Source of the DNA: Trichoplax adhaerens
Taxonomy: Eukaryota > Animalia > Placozoa
Direction of reading: 5' to 3'
Assembly: GCF_000150275.1 (NCBI RefSeq)
Contig: NW_002060953.1
Span: 166,286-230,285, forward strand
DNA: 64,000 nt
The translations under genes and the position numbers were made by a program. The notes under the pieces are model-generated. The model saw only the letters and a program-made list of their open reading frames with translations. It had not been told where the DNA came from and did no database searches. Position 1 is the stretch's first letter. Each line of letters opens with the position of its first letter. This document shows, piece by piece, positions 11,701-25,395 of the stretch.

Positions 11701-13668
11701 TCATGGACCATCAGAAGAATGCGTCTTTGACGAGTGATCCATATCTAGTCATACTGTATTGCTATTCCGACAAAATTGCACAACGCTGATGCTGAATAGT
11801 CAACACTTTACTGTTCCTCTTTTCTTGGCTCACTGCAAGAAAACGATTCAATTGACATTATTGCAATCATCTTTGAACGTTGCATATAGTTAGAAGCTGA
11901 GTTCAGAGTAAAACATGCAAAAGAACATTCTACGCGTGTTTTGGAGAATAAGAGTTGAGACTTGATCGAGTGAGATTTCCTACACCATAGTCTGCTAAAC
12001 TACATCTGGTCCTTCGTGTACCGACATGACAGTGCATCGTCTACTAAATTAGTGTACTGTACTGAGTGATCACTACACATTGCATATTCCACATTAGTCA
12101 TTGCCTTCTTGGATAAGGTTTCTGTACTGACGTTAGTCACTATTCTTATCCATTCATGTTACAGCCAAAGACTTGGTTATGACAGTACTTTAGTATGCAG
12201 ACAGTCGATTTTGAATTGAATCCTTTTTTTGGAAAGTAAGTCATGGACTACTGGATACTATCGACCGGTATGACGACGTGACTATGTAAAATAGTTGGAG
12301 CGACTGATAGTTTGTATTAGAAACTTGATAGAAATCCAATGATTCAATTCTGCCATAAACAGTAATCAAAATATCAAGAGCCCATTGCTTAAGGTTGTAC
12401 TGATCTGTCTGCAAGGAATTGGAGGCAAATTGAAAGTCTATTTCTTCAAAATTGATAGGACATAATTTAAAGCAACACTATCGCTGAACATCTTTCAACT
12501 ATTTTCCAGGGTTGGTCACGCTCTGTAATAGTCTTCTATACCGTATCCTATCTAGTATCTAATAGTCCATGATTGTTATTACAGTCAGTACAGTCATACT
12601 GGACTTGGAAAAGTCCGTCTGTCGGAGTGACGTACCGTAAATTCGTGAAAAGTGCACTTCAGTACTGCACAGTAGAGGTTTCGACCTGCTGTACTGCGCA
12701 GTACAACTGCCGACCTGAGAACGGTCCGGTTCGAAAGCGGTTCAGATTCAGGTTCTTATACTGTACATACAGTAAATCATAAAGGTATTGAACCGAACCG
12801 AACCGAACTGAACCTTTCTCCAGTCGAAGTACAGTACAGTACAAGTCTCTAAACAGTCCGGTTTGCTGTCTGGCAGTTCTAACTTCTAATTGTACTGTAC
12901 TGTACTCTATCCTTTTGTTCTGAGGATTTGACTAAAATTTCACTTAGTACTGTAGAGTCATGGTAGAGCTTTGACATATAAATTGATATTTTTTATATTT
13001 TTTATTACGATAGTTTAATTTTTACACATCTAAGCTATTGATTGATAGCAAATTTGTCTAATTTAGTCATGATATTACGTTTTCATATCATTTCAATTGT
13101 CGTAGATTTTTTATGAGACAACCTTTACTGTAGAGGTTTTGACCTTCTGTACAGTACTTTACAACTTGCCCAGTCCGGTTTGCACTCTGGCAGTTCAAAC
13201 GACTTTGTACTCTACGGTACTGTACCATCTGTACTTTCATCCCCTTGAGATTCCGTGAAGCCTGAACCTCATGAAACCAAGATGGCGGACAAGCTTTCAG
13301 CTCCATTACTGCTGATACTGTCAACGGTATACTTATTACAACAAGTGAGTCATAGTTATTCATCCCATAATGTTTCATTGATCCATGGTGATGATCATGA
13401 TTGCCTTTCAATACGTTCAATGGAGCCTAATGATGTTGTGGAAACTTAGTTGCAATGCTGATGGAGGATACAAATACTGTGACAGTGCTTTTCTAGCCAC
13501 AATGGATACACTACAGTAGTTGTTGGTGTTGCTAATGGCAATGTGTTAATAGAATCAAGTTTTCTTACTAGGTAGACTGCCTTGCCGATACTCCTGTAGA
13601 ACGACCCTTCTCCTTGATGCTACCAATCGAGCATGCATTTGGTAAATATGTTGAAAAGTAAAGTACTT
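8745..13668 (+). repeat. Copy 2 of the ~5 kb duplication
   Basis: Colinear with 3544-8694 and continues into the full EMC10 gene. Confidence 0.95.
12575..13281 (+). promoter_or_regulatory. Putative EMC10 promoter: TACAG/CTGTA-rich, with repeated GTAGAGGTTTYGACC and GTCCGGTTTGC..CTGGCAGTTC modules
   Basis: Lies directly upstream of the EMC10 ATG (caagATGGCG). The motif clusters are visible in the sequence; the function is inferred. Confidence 0.5.
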
Positions 13669-15933
13669 TGTTTCTATCGATGGTACTATTGTACATGTAC
13701 ACTGGCATCACTGGGATGTCAATAAGCCTATGCTACATCGTTTTAGGTTTGCTGGTTAGGATATTGTTTTACATGCCTTAATTAATGATAGACCCATTGA
13801 GATTGTCAAGTAATTAGGCGTAGAGCATTATTATAATCTATCCTGTTGTCAAGGACTTTTCTTGATCTGACTGTTCTCCTAATCTTATTGACGTTGGATT
13901 CATCTTTCCTTCTCTTCATGCATCCTTCACGTGTAGGCGATGGTGAATTTACACTCAGGTAAAGCAAATAGTAAATAAAAGTACAGTATATCAATCTGCG
14001 TCAGTATGCATATTAGTTGTAGAGAATGTATTACTAAAAGACTGGATATTAAGCGTTTACAGAGATGATAAATGTAAAATTGTACTGTAATGGCAACGAC
14101 TAAAACTAGTGATTAGATATATACTGATGAAAAGCGATCAAGTTGGCTCTTATCCACTTTAAATATTCAATCTTGAACTTGATCTTGCCAAGCATCATCA
14201 AGTACTCATGTCTCTTCAGACAGTAGCAAGGTCATAGGAAAATGCGGCAAAGAGATCCCAAACTTAAACGCCCATTATAACCATTAAATTACATAGCGAC
14301 TAAATATGCAGTCAAATTGCCTAGAACTCTATCTGAACCTAAGCACCCAATATGGATTGTCAATTCAAAGATAGTAATAGATATATCATAGTAATATCTA
14401 TGTTACCACATTATAAAGAAAATGATGTCCGTAAACTAGACACTGGAAATTTTAATTAATATTATTACATAAAATTAATATTAGTACAGTACAGTAGTTT
14501 GCTGCTCTTGTCAACGCTATGTACTGTTTGCTCCTCTACGAGCAATCAGACTGCAAAAATAATATATTGTAATCGAAAAAATAAACAAATCATTGAAACT
14601 TATTTCCTGAGAATTGTATATGTTTGATTTACTTTCAGAGGAACTTTGGCCTTTAAGTCTTTTAAATCTCCCGACGCTCGCATGACTGATCAGGTTACGC
14701 TATCCTCAGATCAACTTCAAAAATTAGATGTAAGTAAACGCAACTCAATCTGTATTTTATTATTAACAATATTATCCTTCATTATTTCATTGCTATCTCT
14801 TAACTTAACTTGCAGGTATTATCTTCAGGAGGTGGTTTATATCGTATTAGAATTCCTATGATGATTTCAAATTCTAATAACACTTTTGTATCATCGTTTG
14901 TAAAAGCGGTTCGTTCCTGATTTTCAAGTAGTTCCTTACGTACTTGGATAGATGTACAATCAGTAGCTACCCTTAATTATCACGTTCAATCTTCAGCAAT
15001 TGAGAAATGAAATAGTGATTTGATATTTTCAATCTTAACAGTGCTCGGTTTACCGATTAAATTCCACTGATGAAATTTTTATTCATACCGATGGAATATG
15101 TAAGGAGCTACACTTCATGAAATTACTTAACTTCTTATTGTTATCATAGCTAGCAATTCTATACTTCATTAACAATAACCTGTATTATTTAATTTACCAG
15201 CTAAAGTGTTGTCGATCTGGATGGTCACGAATCCTCCGTACTGTGATCAAAACGAATTCGATGTATGTTATGATTGTCAATCTTTCACACTTATAAAAAT
15301 GTATTCGTAAAGTTAATAAATATGGCGATTAAAAGTAATTGTTTTAACGTAATGATTTGATACATAGCAAGACCGGCGATTTGCTAACGAATTTAAAACG
15401 ACTGCAAGTATTCGCATTCCGCAAGCCACTCCTAGGTAGACTATTTCTATAATTATTATTGGCTGACTTGTTTTTTACACTAAAAATTGGATTAATTCAC
15501 ATTGTACTACAATATTTCTTGAATATTGTCTAGCCCTGACACTCAAGATTATATTCGTATGATGGAAGAGCAAGCACGTTCGAAGACTGCAGAAGGAAAG
15601 ACCGAAAAAAAATCCTTTTTAGCTAAATATGTATGGAAAGTTAAAATGATGCTATATCTATGGAAATAAAAATAATTGAATCCATTATACATAATCACAA
15701 TACATAGTAATATTTTCAAAGTTAATAATTAAAGCATATATTATTTTATCTTACGATAACATAACTGAGTTGGCATTTATCACTGTCTATACATACTGAC
15801 TTTCGATTCTTTTGTGCAGTGGATGTATATAGTACCTGCTTTTATATTCATGATGCTGATGTCCCAAGATAATCCACAAGGCGGAGGTAGAGGTGAAGGT
15901 GGTAGCGGTGGCGGCGGTGGTGGTTCTCAATAA
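13282..15933 (+). CDS. EMC10: ER membrane protein complex subunit 10, 10 exons, ~245 aa
   Basis: Exons 13282-13344, 13572-13641, 13937-13958, 14639-14729, 14816-14908, 15042-15099, 15201-15262, 15368-15435, 15534-15630, 15820-15933. All introns are GT-AG and phase-consistent. The protein has a signal peptide, LPIEHAF, FTLRGTL, GLYRIRIP, VSSFVKAC, PDTQDYI, and KSFLAKYWMYIVP followed by a Gly-rich tail, all hallmarks of EMC10. Confidence 0.95.
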
Positions 15934-18900
15934 TCATTTAATAAATTTACTCCGTGCAAGCCAGTTTTCATTTTCCCTGCAGAAAATTTAATTGCCGCTA
16001 TGAATGTGATATGTACTCTATACGTGTGTATTATACTTGTATGTATGCAACCTATACCCTCAAAAGTATTTAAATTATACGCATTTCATATATTCTTTTC
16101 ACTTGTTAACTGTAAAATAAAGATACGTTTTCTTCGTGCAAATAATTTCAAAGTGTATAGAATCTGCTAGCGTAAAATATTAACCTGAGACGGAATTTAG
16201 TTGACCTTATTGGATGATTATTTCCACAGATGCTTACGGATGAAAAATAAAATAAAAAGTTAAAATTTAGGGAAAATGAAGTTTCTTGGCAATATCTAAA
16301 TAAAATAGTTAGTATAGAAGGATAGATACAATCCGTTTAGTTACTAATTTAAACAATTTGTTTGCCACGGCTTTTAATCTATCGCGTACAAAAACTAACA
16401 AATCTCAAAGAAAATATACTGACGTTCTGGCTATATAATTCAAGCCGTCAATTTATTGCTCACTAAATATTACTACAACTAATTCGAAGTGGCATTCCTT
16501 ACAACGTTTGGCTTGTTAGCGGATTGATAGAAGTTATTTTACAGTGACAATTTAAGCAATTACCACAAGGACGCCTTGACTAAAAAATAATATAAGTTAA
16601 TTGATATATACAACCAGATACAAACTCTATATATGCAAGAGAATCTGAGTAGTTTGAAATTTACAATTATTCTAGCAAATATAAATATCTAAGTTAGCTT
16701 TCAATAAGCATTGATCTGATGCCGTTTACTTTAATTCAAATAAAATCCTACTATGTTCTTCGTCTATAATAAAATTTATCTTTACAGAAGCTATTACCTG
16801 CCTATACTAGAGCAAGATTGCTAATAATATGGAAAAATTGTTATAAAGTTATTTATTGGATAATCAAGTTGTCCTTGTTTCAATCCTTATTTAACATCTT
16901 ATTTAGTCATTAGATTTATTAGTCACGTTCTATGTTTCAAACTAATTCTGTGATTATATTTATTATCTCAGGCAAAACATTATCTAGATTACACGCTCAC
17001 AATTAACTTTTATCGATAATATTTAATACAGTAAGGTCACTTGCCTACAGTTCATTACTTATTGGCTTAATTTTTTATTCTAACTGATACAAAATATTAT
17101 GCTTGTTCGTTAAAAGACTATTCTTACTTTGTTATTCAAGATATCTTGACGTATTACACAGCTAATAATGTACATAATTACAATATTCAAAAGAAAAGCT
17201 GCTGCGGACATGTAAAATGAGCTAATTAGATGCGTTAAAATATAAGATTAATGCAAGTAAATTAAAGCGAAGGGTCTATATCATTGCTAATATCTCAGGC
17301 TAAATCCTGAAACATTAACAATTTATTCTTATTTTGTATAGAATGGTATAAGCAATACTGGTGAAATGTTAGCTATGTTATATCAATCAATTAATCATCT
17401 AGATAGTCGTTAGGTCTGTATTTTACTTTCAGACTATTATGACTGTATTAACTTCAAAAGTGCAGAAACAAAACTGACTACACCCGAGTAATCATAAACG
17501 TATGGCGCCTATAAGATCGTTAAGTCGGGACAAGCAATTAAGTTTATGTTTTGAATTGTCATTTACAGCATTTATAGCGGTAGATTAGCTCAAGATGAAA
17601 CAAATTTCAATAACAATTTATCACTATCGGTTTAATATAAAGTCTCGTATAAAAGACTAAAGCCCACAGCTTAGTGGTCACAACAACAAAAATGATACCT
17701 TCGACAACACAGATTTGATTGTTGACGAGCCTATAGATGTACAGTAGATCCACATGTGCACTACTACTAATAATAATAGATATTAAATATTGCTCAGAAT
17801 TCTATCCGTGCAGTATTAGCCACATCGCAGTTTAGTCTTAATCAATTATTATGCTATTTTTCTTACATTTGACAATAACTTAATAAATATCTTATTTATA
17901 CCTATTTCTTAAAGGTAAAAGTATTTGTCAATACATAAGATAAAGTTTTAACTTCAATTGTAACATGACGAATAAAATAAAACATAGAATTATCGGTATG
18001 TTACAATACAGTCTAAGAATAATGGTTATTATAAATAATAATAATCAATATCGGTTAATAGAATCTTGAAAGACACATATTACAAAATTACTCCGAGAGC
18101 TAATATCACGTTGACGCCATTTAAATTATCGTAATAAATGATCATCCAAATGATGGCCGTTCAGCTTTTCGTTATTATTTCCTTTCATCTTATCTTATAC
18201 ACAGTCGAAATAAATTTCTTGCAAACCAAACTCCTCTTCACGTTCGCCAAATGATATCATTTTCATATCACCCTCGTCATCATGCTGAACATGACGTTAA
18301 GAGATAAAGCCTAATAAATAATACACGATCTAGTTTCTATATACTTTGTAAGATTCTATTTATTGAAGGTTATCAAGCAGACCTTAGCATCTCAAAAATC
18401 AATAAAGCCTGTAATAAAGTAATGATAATGACGCATACACGCCAAAGATCGAGAAAAGTCCATTAAGAGAACGAGCCCTTTGTTAAGACTGTGCATATTA
18501 TAATTCTTAATAATACCTATATAAAATATGCAACAATTATAAGAATAGATTCGAAACACGGACCTATATTATATAGAATGCTTGAGTAATAAACGATTTC
18601 ACTACGATAAATTAATTGGTATAAGATACTACGTGATTGTGTAGCTGATGTCATCACCCATTTTAATTGCCTAACTGTATAGCTAGATGGCTCGCTTTAT
18701 TTGATCATAATTGACTCTACTATAGAATTTCACAGAATTGATACTACAGTATGTGCTATATTGCCTTTTATGATTTAATAGTTGGACTTACTATTATTCA
18801 ATTAGGTCATTTACCATATCCAATGCGGCAAGTTAAAAAAAGTAATCCATGTAATTTTCATCCGTTTCAAATGGAATATAAACTGTTAGGTAACACTTTC

Positions 18901-20198
18901 CAATTAATGAGCAATAGCAACCGCCGTACTATAGAATGCTTATAATTCAACGGGTACGGCGATTGTGGTGTTTACCTATGAAAAATACCGAAAATAATCG
19001 GCAAAAGTGATCAGTTAGGAAGCTATTGCATATCATCTCCTCTATATCTAATACTTTAACTTCCGTGTCTTGATGCTTCTTGTTCGCTAGAAATACGGGA
19101 TACATTGATTATTTATTGCTTATATCAAAACCTAATGGATATTTCATTATAAAGTATAAATTGATTACGTCATGTACGGTCTATCTTGGAATAAGTATAT
19201 TACATATACTTTATTTAAGTCATTAGAGTCACTCATATCATTCAATTTTATGACTTTTATCTATCTCTCTATGTTACACTACTCTATACGTATCAAAACA
19301 TGTTTCGGATTATCTTGCATCCCTGATGACCCCCTATGTCAATTTATTTAAATTTTCTATTATTGAATCCGTGTTGATAGTAAAATAGAGAGTATATATC
19401 TGATTTTAAAATACAACAGCGGATAACATAAGAAAATAAAGTATTAGCGGTATAAAAGCATCATTGTATTCTATTGATGACACTATTAACCTTTCCTGTA
19501 ATTTAATTATTTAATTATTTCTGATCCAATGTAACTAATATGCAAAAACTTTATACCCCTCATCATTTTCCGACACGAATCATGATGACTACTGATTAAC
19601 TTCTATCAACACTAAATTACATTGTTGTTTGTTAAGTTATAGTCTAGCCAGTTTTGCATGGGTATCTAAAATTTTTGACTGCATCTGTCTCCTTTTTTAT
19701 CTTGTTGACTTTATCTTCGTTAATTTGTCGATAGCTAATTTAATCAGCAAAAACATGCCGTGATCAATTTGTACGATGGCGATATGGATGTTGTTTAAAT
19801 TTTTCCCCTTTGATATTGACTTAGGCATGCCAATCAAAGCTTACCCTATCAAATAATTTAAATCAGCCTGCATATACAGTTTTAGTGATATTAAAATTTT
19901 ACTTCTCTTCAATCCTGTCTATAGATCGATCTTTGATCTATGAACGCAGACATCATTTATGTATGATATTACGTCATGTCATTTTCAAGTAGCGTTAAGC
20001 CAGCAAAAGTATTTAATTTTTAACAAGCTTCATGGATCCACTGATCCAGTCGTAGTCGGCTATGATTGCGCTATCATCAATCATTTGTATCAATTTACGG
20101 CATGTAATGCCTATAAAGCTAATATGATAAAATATTCATGATATAATATAACGCAAATTAGATGCCGATTAAATAATCAAACATATCTGTCTTTTATT

Positions 20199-20241
20199 CC
20201 TCACGTGCCCCCTCCCGTCCCGGGTACCATTTGTCTATAAA
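20199..20241 (+). promoter_or_regulatory. Candidate core promoter of the Ras-like gene (E-box CACGTG, GC patch, TATAAA)
   Basis: CACGTG at 20202-20207, a GC-rich patch ccccctcccgtcccggg in an AT-rich background, and TATAAA at 20236-20241, about 500 bp upstream of the ATG. Confidence 0.35.
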
Positions 20242-20744
20242 CCTCTACAGACTCTTTAATACAATCTCTATATCTACAATATATCTGAGAAATACCATAA
20301 AATAATGTCTTTCATGATAGTCTGTTAATTGTATTTATTCTACTTCTATTGTTGTGACACACGCAATGAGAATAACAAACAAAAAGTCCAAGTTAAGTTG
20401 ATAATTAATGGAAGGTTCCGCCGAAACAATGCTATTTGTTAGTCATATCATTGATTCAAAAGCTATAAATTTACCCATTATTGGCTGTTAGCTAAGCATT
20501 CTAATTCACCTAGCTAAGTAACGAAGCTATCAATTGCTCTCTGTTTTTTAACCTGTAGAAATACTATTTGATACTTTAGTCTAGCAATAATCTGCTGGCC
20601 AGAACTTACCGACTTACTTACCATTTTGATCGTATCAAGAGACAAGATTCAGACTTTTTGATCAAGATTTAAAGATATTATAAGACTGAAATTCTTTTAC
20701 TTGGATCAGTTACCCAGTACTAATTTGACATTATCAAAATCATC

Positions 20745-23700
20745 ATGCCAATCAGAGACAGAACCTATTCGCTGCCTACAGCTAGCCTTCATGTTGGCTT
20801 ACCAGCAACAGAAGAACATCATCACGCTAAGAAAATTCAATTATCTGAATTGGATGAAGAAATAACCGACTATAAATTATGCACAGTTGGTAAAAAATGT
20901 GTCGGCAAATCAGGTAAGAAGAGTAAGAATTTAGTTGTAGCTCTAAAGTATTAAATACTGTTCTAGCAGATATCTACATGACTTTATAAAATCTATCGAT
21001 ATATGAATAGTAGTCCTACGATCTAAGCAGCTTGAGGAGTGCTTTAAACGATCGCGTTTTCCTATCCACACTTGTTACGATAATTCTACGGTTAAAAATG
21101 ACAAATTCCTTGCGTTAACAATTTGTAAATTAATGTAGTTAAATAAATTAATAAACCAAATAACCAAAGTATTTTAATTTGAGTCTAGTCCTGCATCTTT
21201 TCTGGTTAATTTTTGTACCTTAATTGATAATAAATTGCTTTAACAACGGATCACTTATGAAATTCCAGTAGTTATTAGTAGGTCCATTTGCTGTAAGCTA
21301 TTAGTACGGTACTCTGTAGATGAGATGATGAGCATTGCGACAAATTTTAGTTTTATTGCTTTCTTTAAAAAAGTAAATCCACACACAATTTATTTTTCAT
21401 CTAAGCCTCGATCAATATAGAAAGTACTTGATTTATGAACATTCGTCCAAAGTTTTAGGGAGCAATATGTAATTGGTTCCTAATTAATAAATTTAGTACG
21501 TGATTACTTTGGCAGTATATTTTCCATCATATATTTCGAAAATTATTTTAGATTGTTTACGTCGTCATTAGAAATGAATGTCTCCTAGTTTAATATCGAG
21601 TTTTATAGATACTGTCAATATCGCTTAAGAATCATAGGATCTTAATAGAATAAAATTTAGTAAAGGAAATAATATGTCATCGCATAATCCAATAGAAACA
21701 ACTAACCAATGGCTATCTTCTAATTATATTATTTCTATCATTATCTGGAGATGTAGCAAAGATCAATTCAATATGCTAACATTATTTGTATCATCCGTTG
21801 AACGGAAATCGACTTTACATTAAATTAAAATGATCTTTGAACGGTTTAATATTTCTTCAATCGTCTGAAACTGACTAGTTCAAGGGCAGTAGATGATGGA
21901 GAAAATCAATTGTTTCAAAATCAACCTGATTCGGACATAATGATCAGTCATTCTCCGTAACAATGTACATATCGCTGAATCATCAAAGAGACTATTCATG
22001 TCTCAATTTTTGCATTAATGATATACAATTTTAACCGTCGGCAAGCTTTCATCTATAAGCCATAGGTGATGGCTAGATCGTGATTAAAAGGAGATAGAGG
22101 AGAATGAATTGATGTCTCTACTGTTCTTAACTTGAACAGGACTCACTATAGTTATTAAAAAAGTGATTGTACATATTTTGCACTGATATTAATCGCATTT
22201 CTGCATTTCTTTACCTTCACAGCTTTAACACAACGCTATACGACTGGCAAAGTCAAACAAGATAAAAACGACGTCCTACTTAGTAAGTCAATAACTCATC
22301 TATCTATTTAAATAACATTATAAACATGCCGTTCTCGAATAACGTGATAACATGCATTAATAATCAGACGGCCAATCGACTACTACCTCTGCGCAAACAT
22401 AGCCTAGACTTGACTGTGTTAAACATTTCATTAGAAATTCAATATTTTAATATAAAGTTAGAAGGGTTACGTTATACAATTGCATTTTTTATAAGACCGT
22501 ATCTATAGATCCTTCTTATATTGATATGATGCTCTGTCTGCATCTAGATACCATAAATTAGCATTTTATTATAATAGTCATAGAAGTAAAAGTATTAGGA
22601 AATTTCCAGACGTTCTATGGTTGGTCAAAATCACCATCAATTGAAACTCAGTCGTCCTTAGTTTAATTTGTCATAATGCATTTTGACATTCCTGTATTTC
22701 AAATTACCATTATTATTAATTTACTCACAGAAATCGACTTTAAATTTAGCAGTAGAAAGATAAAGTTATAGTCTCTTAGCTAGTGTTAATTCATAGTCAA
22801 AGAAGTAATTTCGCTTATATTTCAATTAATTTTCATCATATTACCGCCACGTAGCTAACATAGACAGGCAAATGTGGCCTGCTTAATATCATATAATCTC
22901 CTAGATAGACGTTAACAATAAGGTTAGTTTATAGTCTATTCCAAGGCAACGCCTGGATACTCTCAAATATTATTAGAATAGCTGTAATTGTTCTCATTAA
23001 TTAGCAATTGATGAGTCATTTGTTCTATACAATTATCTTTATTCTTAGTCCTTAATAAATGTATTAGCTCTTTTGGCTTACTTTAAGCCTGATATTGCAT
23101 AAGTTCAAGACCTGGCTACTACGATTAGCTAAATCATTCCTAATTATTTCAAGAATATTAACAGATAGTCCATCACCTAAATTCCAACCTTCTTTCGGAA
23201 TTGAATTGAATAAGTTCATATTTAATAGCAATAATGCAGTAAAATATAAAAATTAGTGTTCAGTAATCATGTACCACTTTGATGCGATTAATTCCATTTC
23301 TATCAGCTGAAAGTTACAATCTCAATCTACTTTATAATGAGGTATTATCAATCCACATCATGAAATTTAGTATTACTTAAATCAATAGTTCAAGATGATG
23401 ATCCTTAAACGATAATCTTTTCTTGTCTTCGATCGTAATTATTAAAGTCATTAACATAATAATAGCTGCAAGTGAATTCTACGTCATTATTTTGATGACT
23501 GACTTGCTCATTTACTAGAAATAAAGTTTTTGTATGCTAAAACACTTTCATATTAATATACTATTTTTACTTAGCTAGAACTTTCTAGATACAACAGAAT
23601 GTAAGAAGTTTATTAATCTTACGACATCGCTTACTCTTATCGAATCAAATTAAACTACATCATATGTTGACAACAATATTAATACCCTTTGTGAAAGTCC

Positions 23701-25395
23701 CACAGTGGTGAAGTTGTTTATTTACTTTGTTCACATTGAATCAACGCTATATGTTTAATAAATTGATGATAACACCTTTTCTGTAAGCTTAAAACTAAAT
23801 CAAAATACGTATCGTATAACATAAAAATAATAAATCTCGGTCCAGCACAATCACATCAGATTATTTTGATGATTATATACCTCTAACTTAAGTTATAAGA
23901 TCTGGAAAATACATTCCAATTTCACTTACCAATTAGTTTACAATCCATACGAATTCTTATCTAATCAACAAGTGTTTTTTAATTGAAGTTTAATGTTGTT
24001 GCTATGATTGTTGTTGTAAATGAATTAATCATATCTCATTTGCATTAATTTCAGACAATTTTCATCAAGGAACTGTCTTCAAAACAACTGACGAAATTGA
24101 TGGCATTCAGTCTTCCTTACATATTTTGGATACCATTGGCCAAGTAAGTAGCATTAACTAAAAATCGATCCTTTGCTTATGGTAAAGAATACTGTAGCTA
24201 TCAATTAATAGAGTGATTTCAATCTGGCGGAATAATGATAACGTAAGGCAATGCTTGAAATTACCTTTACTGTATGCTTTGCCTAACTTTAACCTCCTCC
24301 ACTTTCAATACAAAAAAAATTAACATTAAAATCAGACAATTGATGACTATTCAAACAATTGTTCCATAACATGATTAAGACGTTCCTTAGCTTGTAGACT
24401 ATTGATTGTTATTGTCATTGAAATAAATAAAAATTTAAAGCATTAGAGTTGAGAAAGATTGAGATTATGACATCATAGTGCTTATTCACGGTCTACAACG
24501 TTATTTTACTAGTATAACTCTGATTATTTTACCTGTTTAGTCAACTCTTTATGACATATCAACTGGTGGCCGTATATGACCACATTGATCATTATATACT
24601 GTGCTATATCTAAAATTAAATTTACCAAGATTGTTTTAAATACATTAAAAATTATACTGAAATTAATTCCATTCTGATTAATCTAATTCTTCAAGTCATT
24701 TAAACCTAAAATATTAATCTATGATATGAGTTCAGATTAGAAGATTTAAATAACACTATGGTCAATAATCACGATCAGTTTCAGAGCTATTTATACATCG
24801 TTAGTGCACTAGTTTATGATCTGTATGCAATTATCTACAGTACGAAATCGACTATGATTAAATATCCACCTTCTCCAAATAGGACAGCAATGGTAAAATT
24901 CCATCTGAATATCTAAGAAGAATGGATGGATTTGTTGTTGTATACTCAGTTACTGATCGATTAAGTTTTCAAATGGCAAGACAGTTTGTCGAACAAATAG
25001 TTATGAGAAAGAAATGGTGGACTAGTCGCAAAAAGACTAAACTACAAAGTTTGCCATTGGTTATTGTAGCTAATAAAACTGATTTGACTGACCAACGTAT
25101 GGTCAGCCGAAAGGAAGGCGAAGAATTAGCTTGGGAATTTGGCTGTTCATTTTATGAATGTGCTGCAACGTTAAAAGGCAACTCATATCGTGTTCGTAGT
25201 ATATTCCACGATGTTGTCAATCAAATACGATGTGTTCTGCAAGAAAAGGTTCAAATTACGGAAACAAGTAAGGTACCTCGTATGATCCAAAGGATTTCTT
25301 CGTTTAAAAAACGTAATCAAAGTGCGCCGTGTCTTGAACAATCCGAGAAATATCAGCCAAGGCCAAGATCTCATTCTACTGCTTATTCAGTTTGA
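20745..25395 (+). CDS. Ras-family small GTPase (RERG/RASL11-12/RGK-like), 4 exons, ~276 aa, no CAAX
   Basis: Exons 20745-20913, 22223-22282, 24055-24143, 24883-25395, phase-consistent. G1 GKKCVGKS, G3 ILDTIGQ, DGFVVVYSVTDRLSF, G4 NKTD, G5-like ECAA. Confidence 0.9.
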
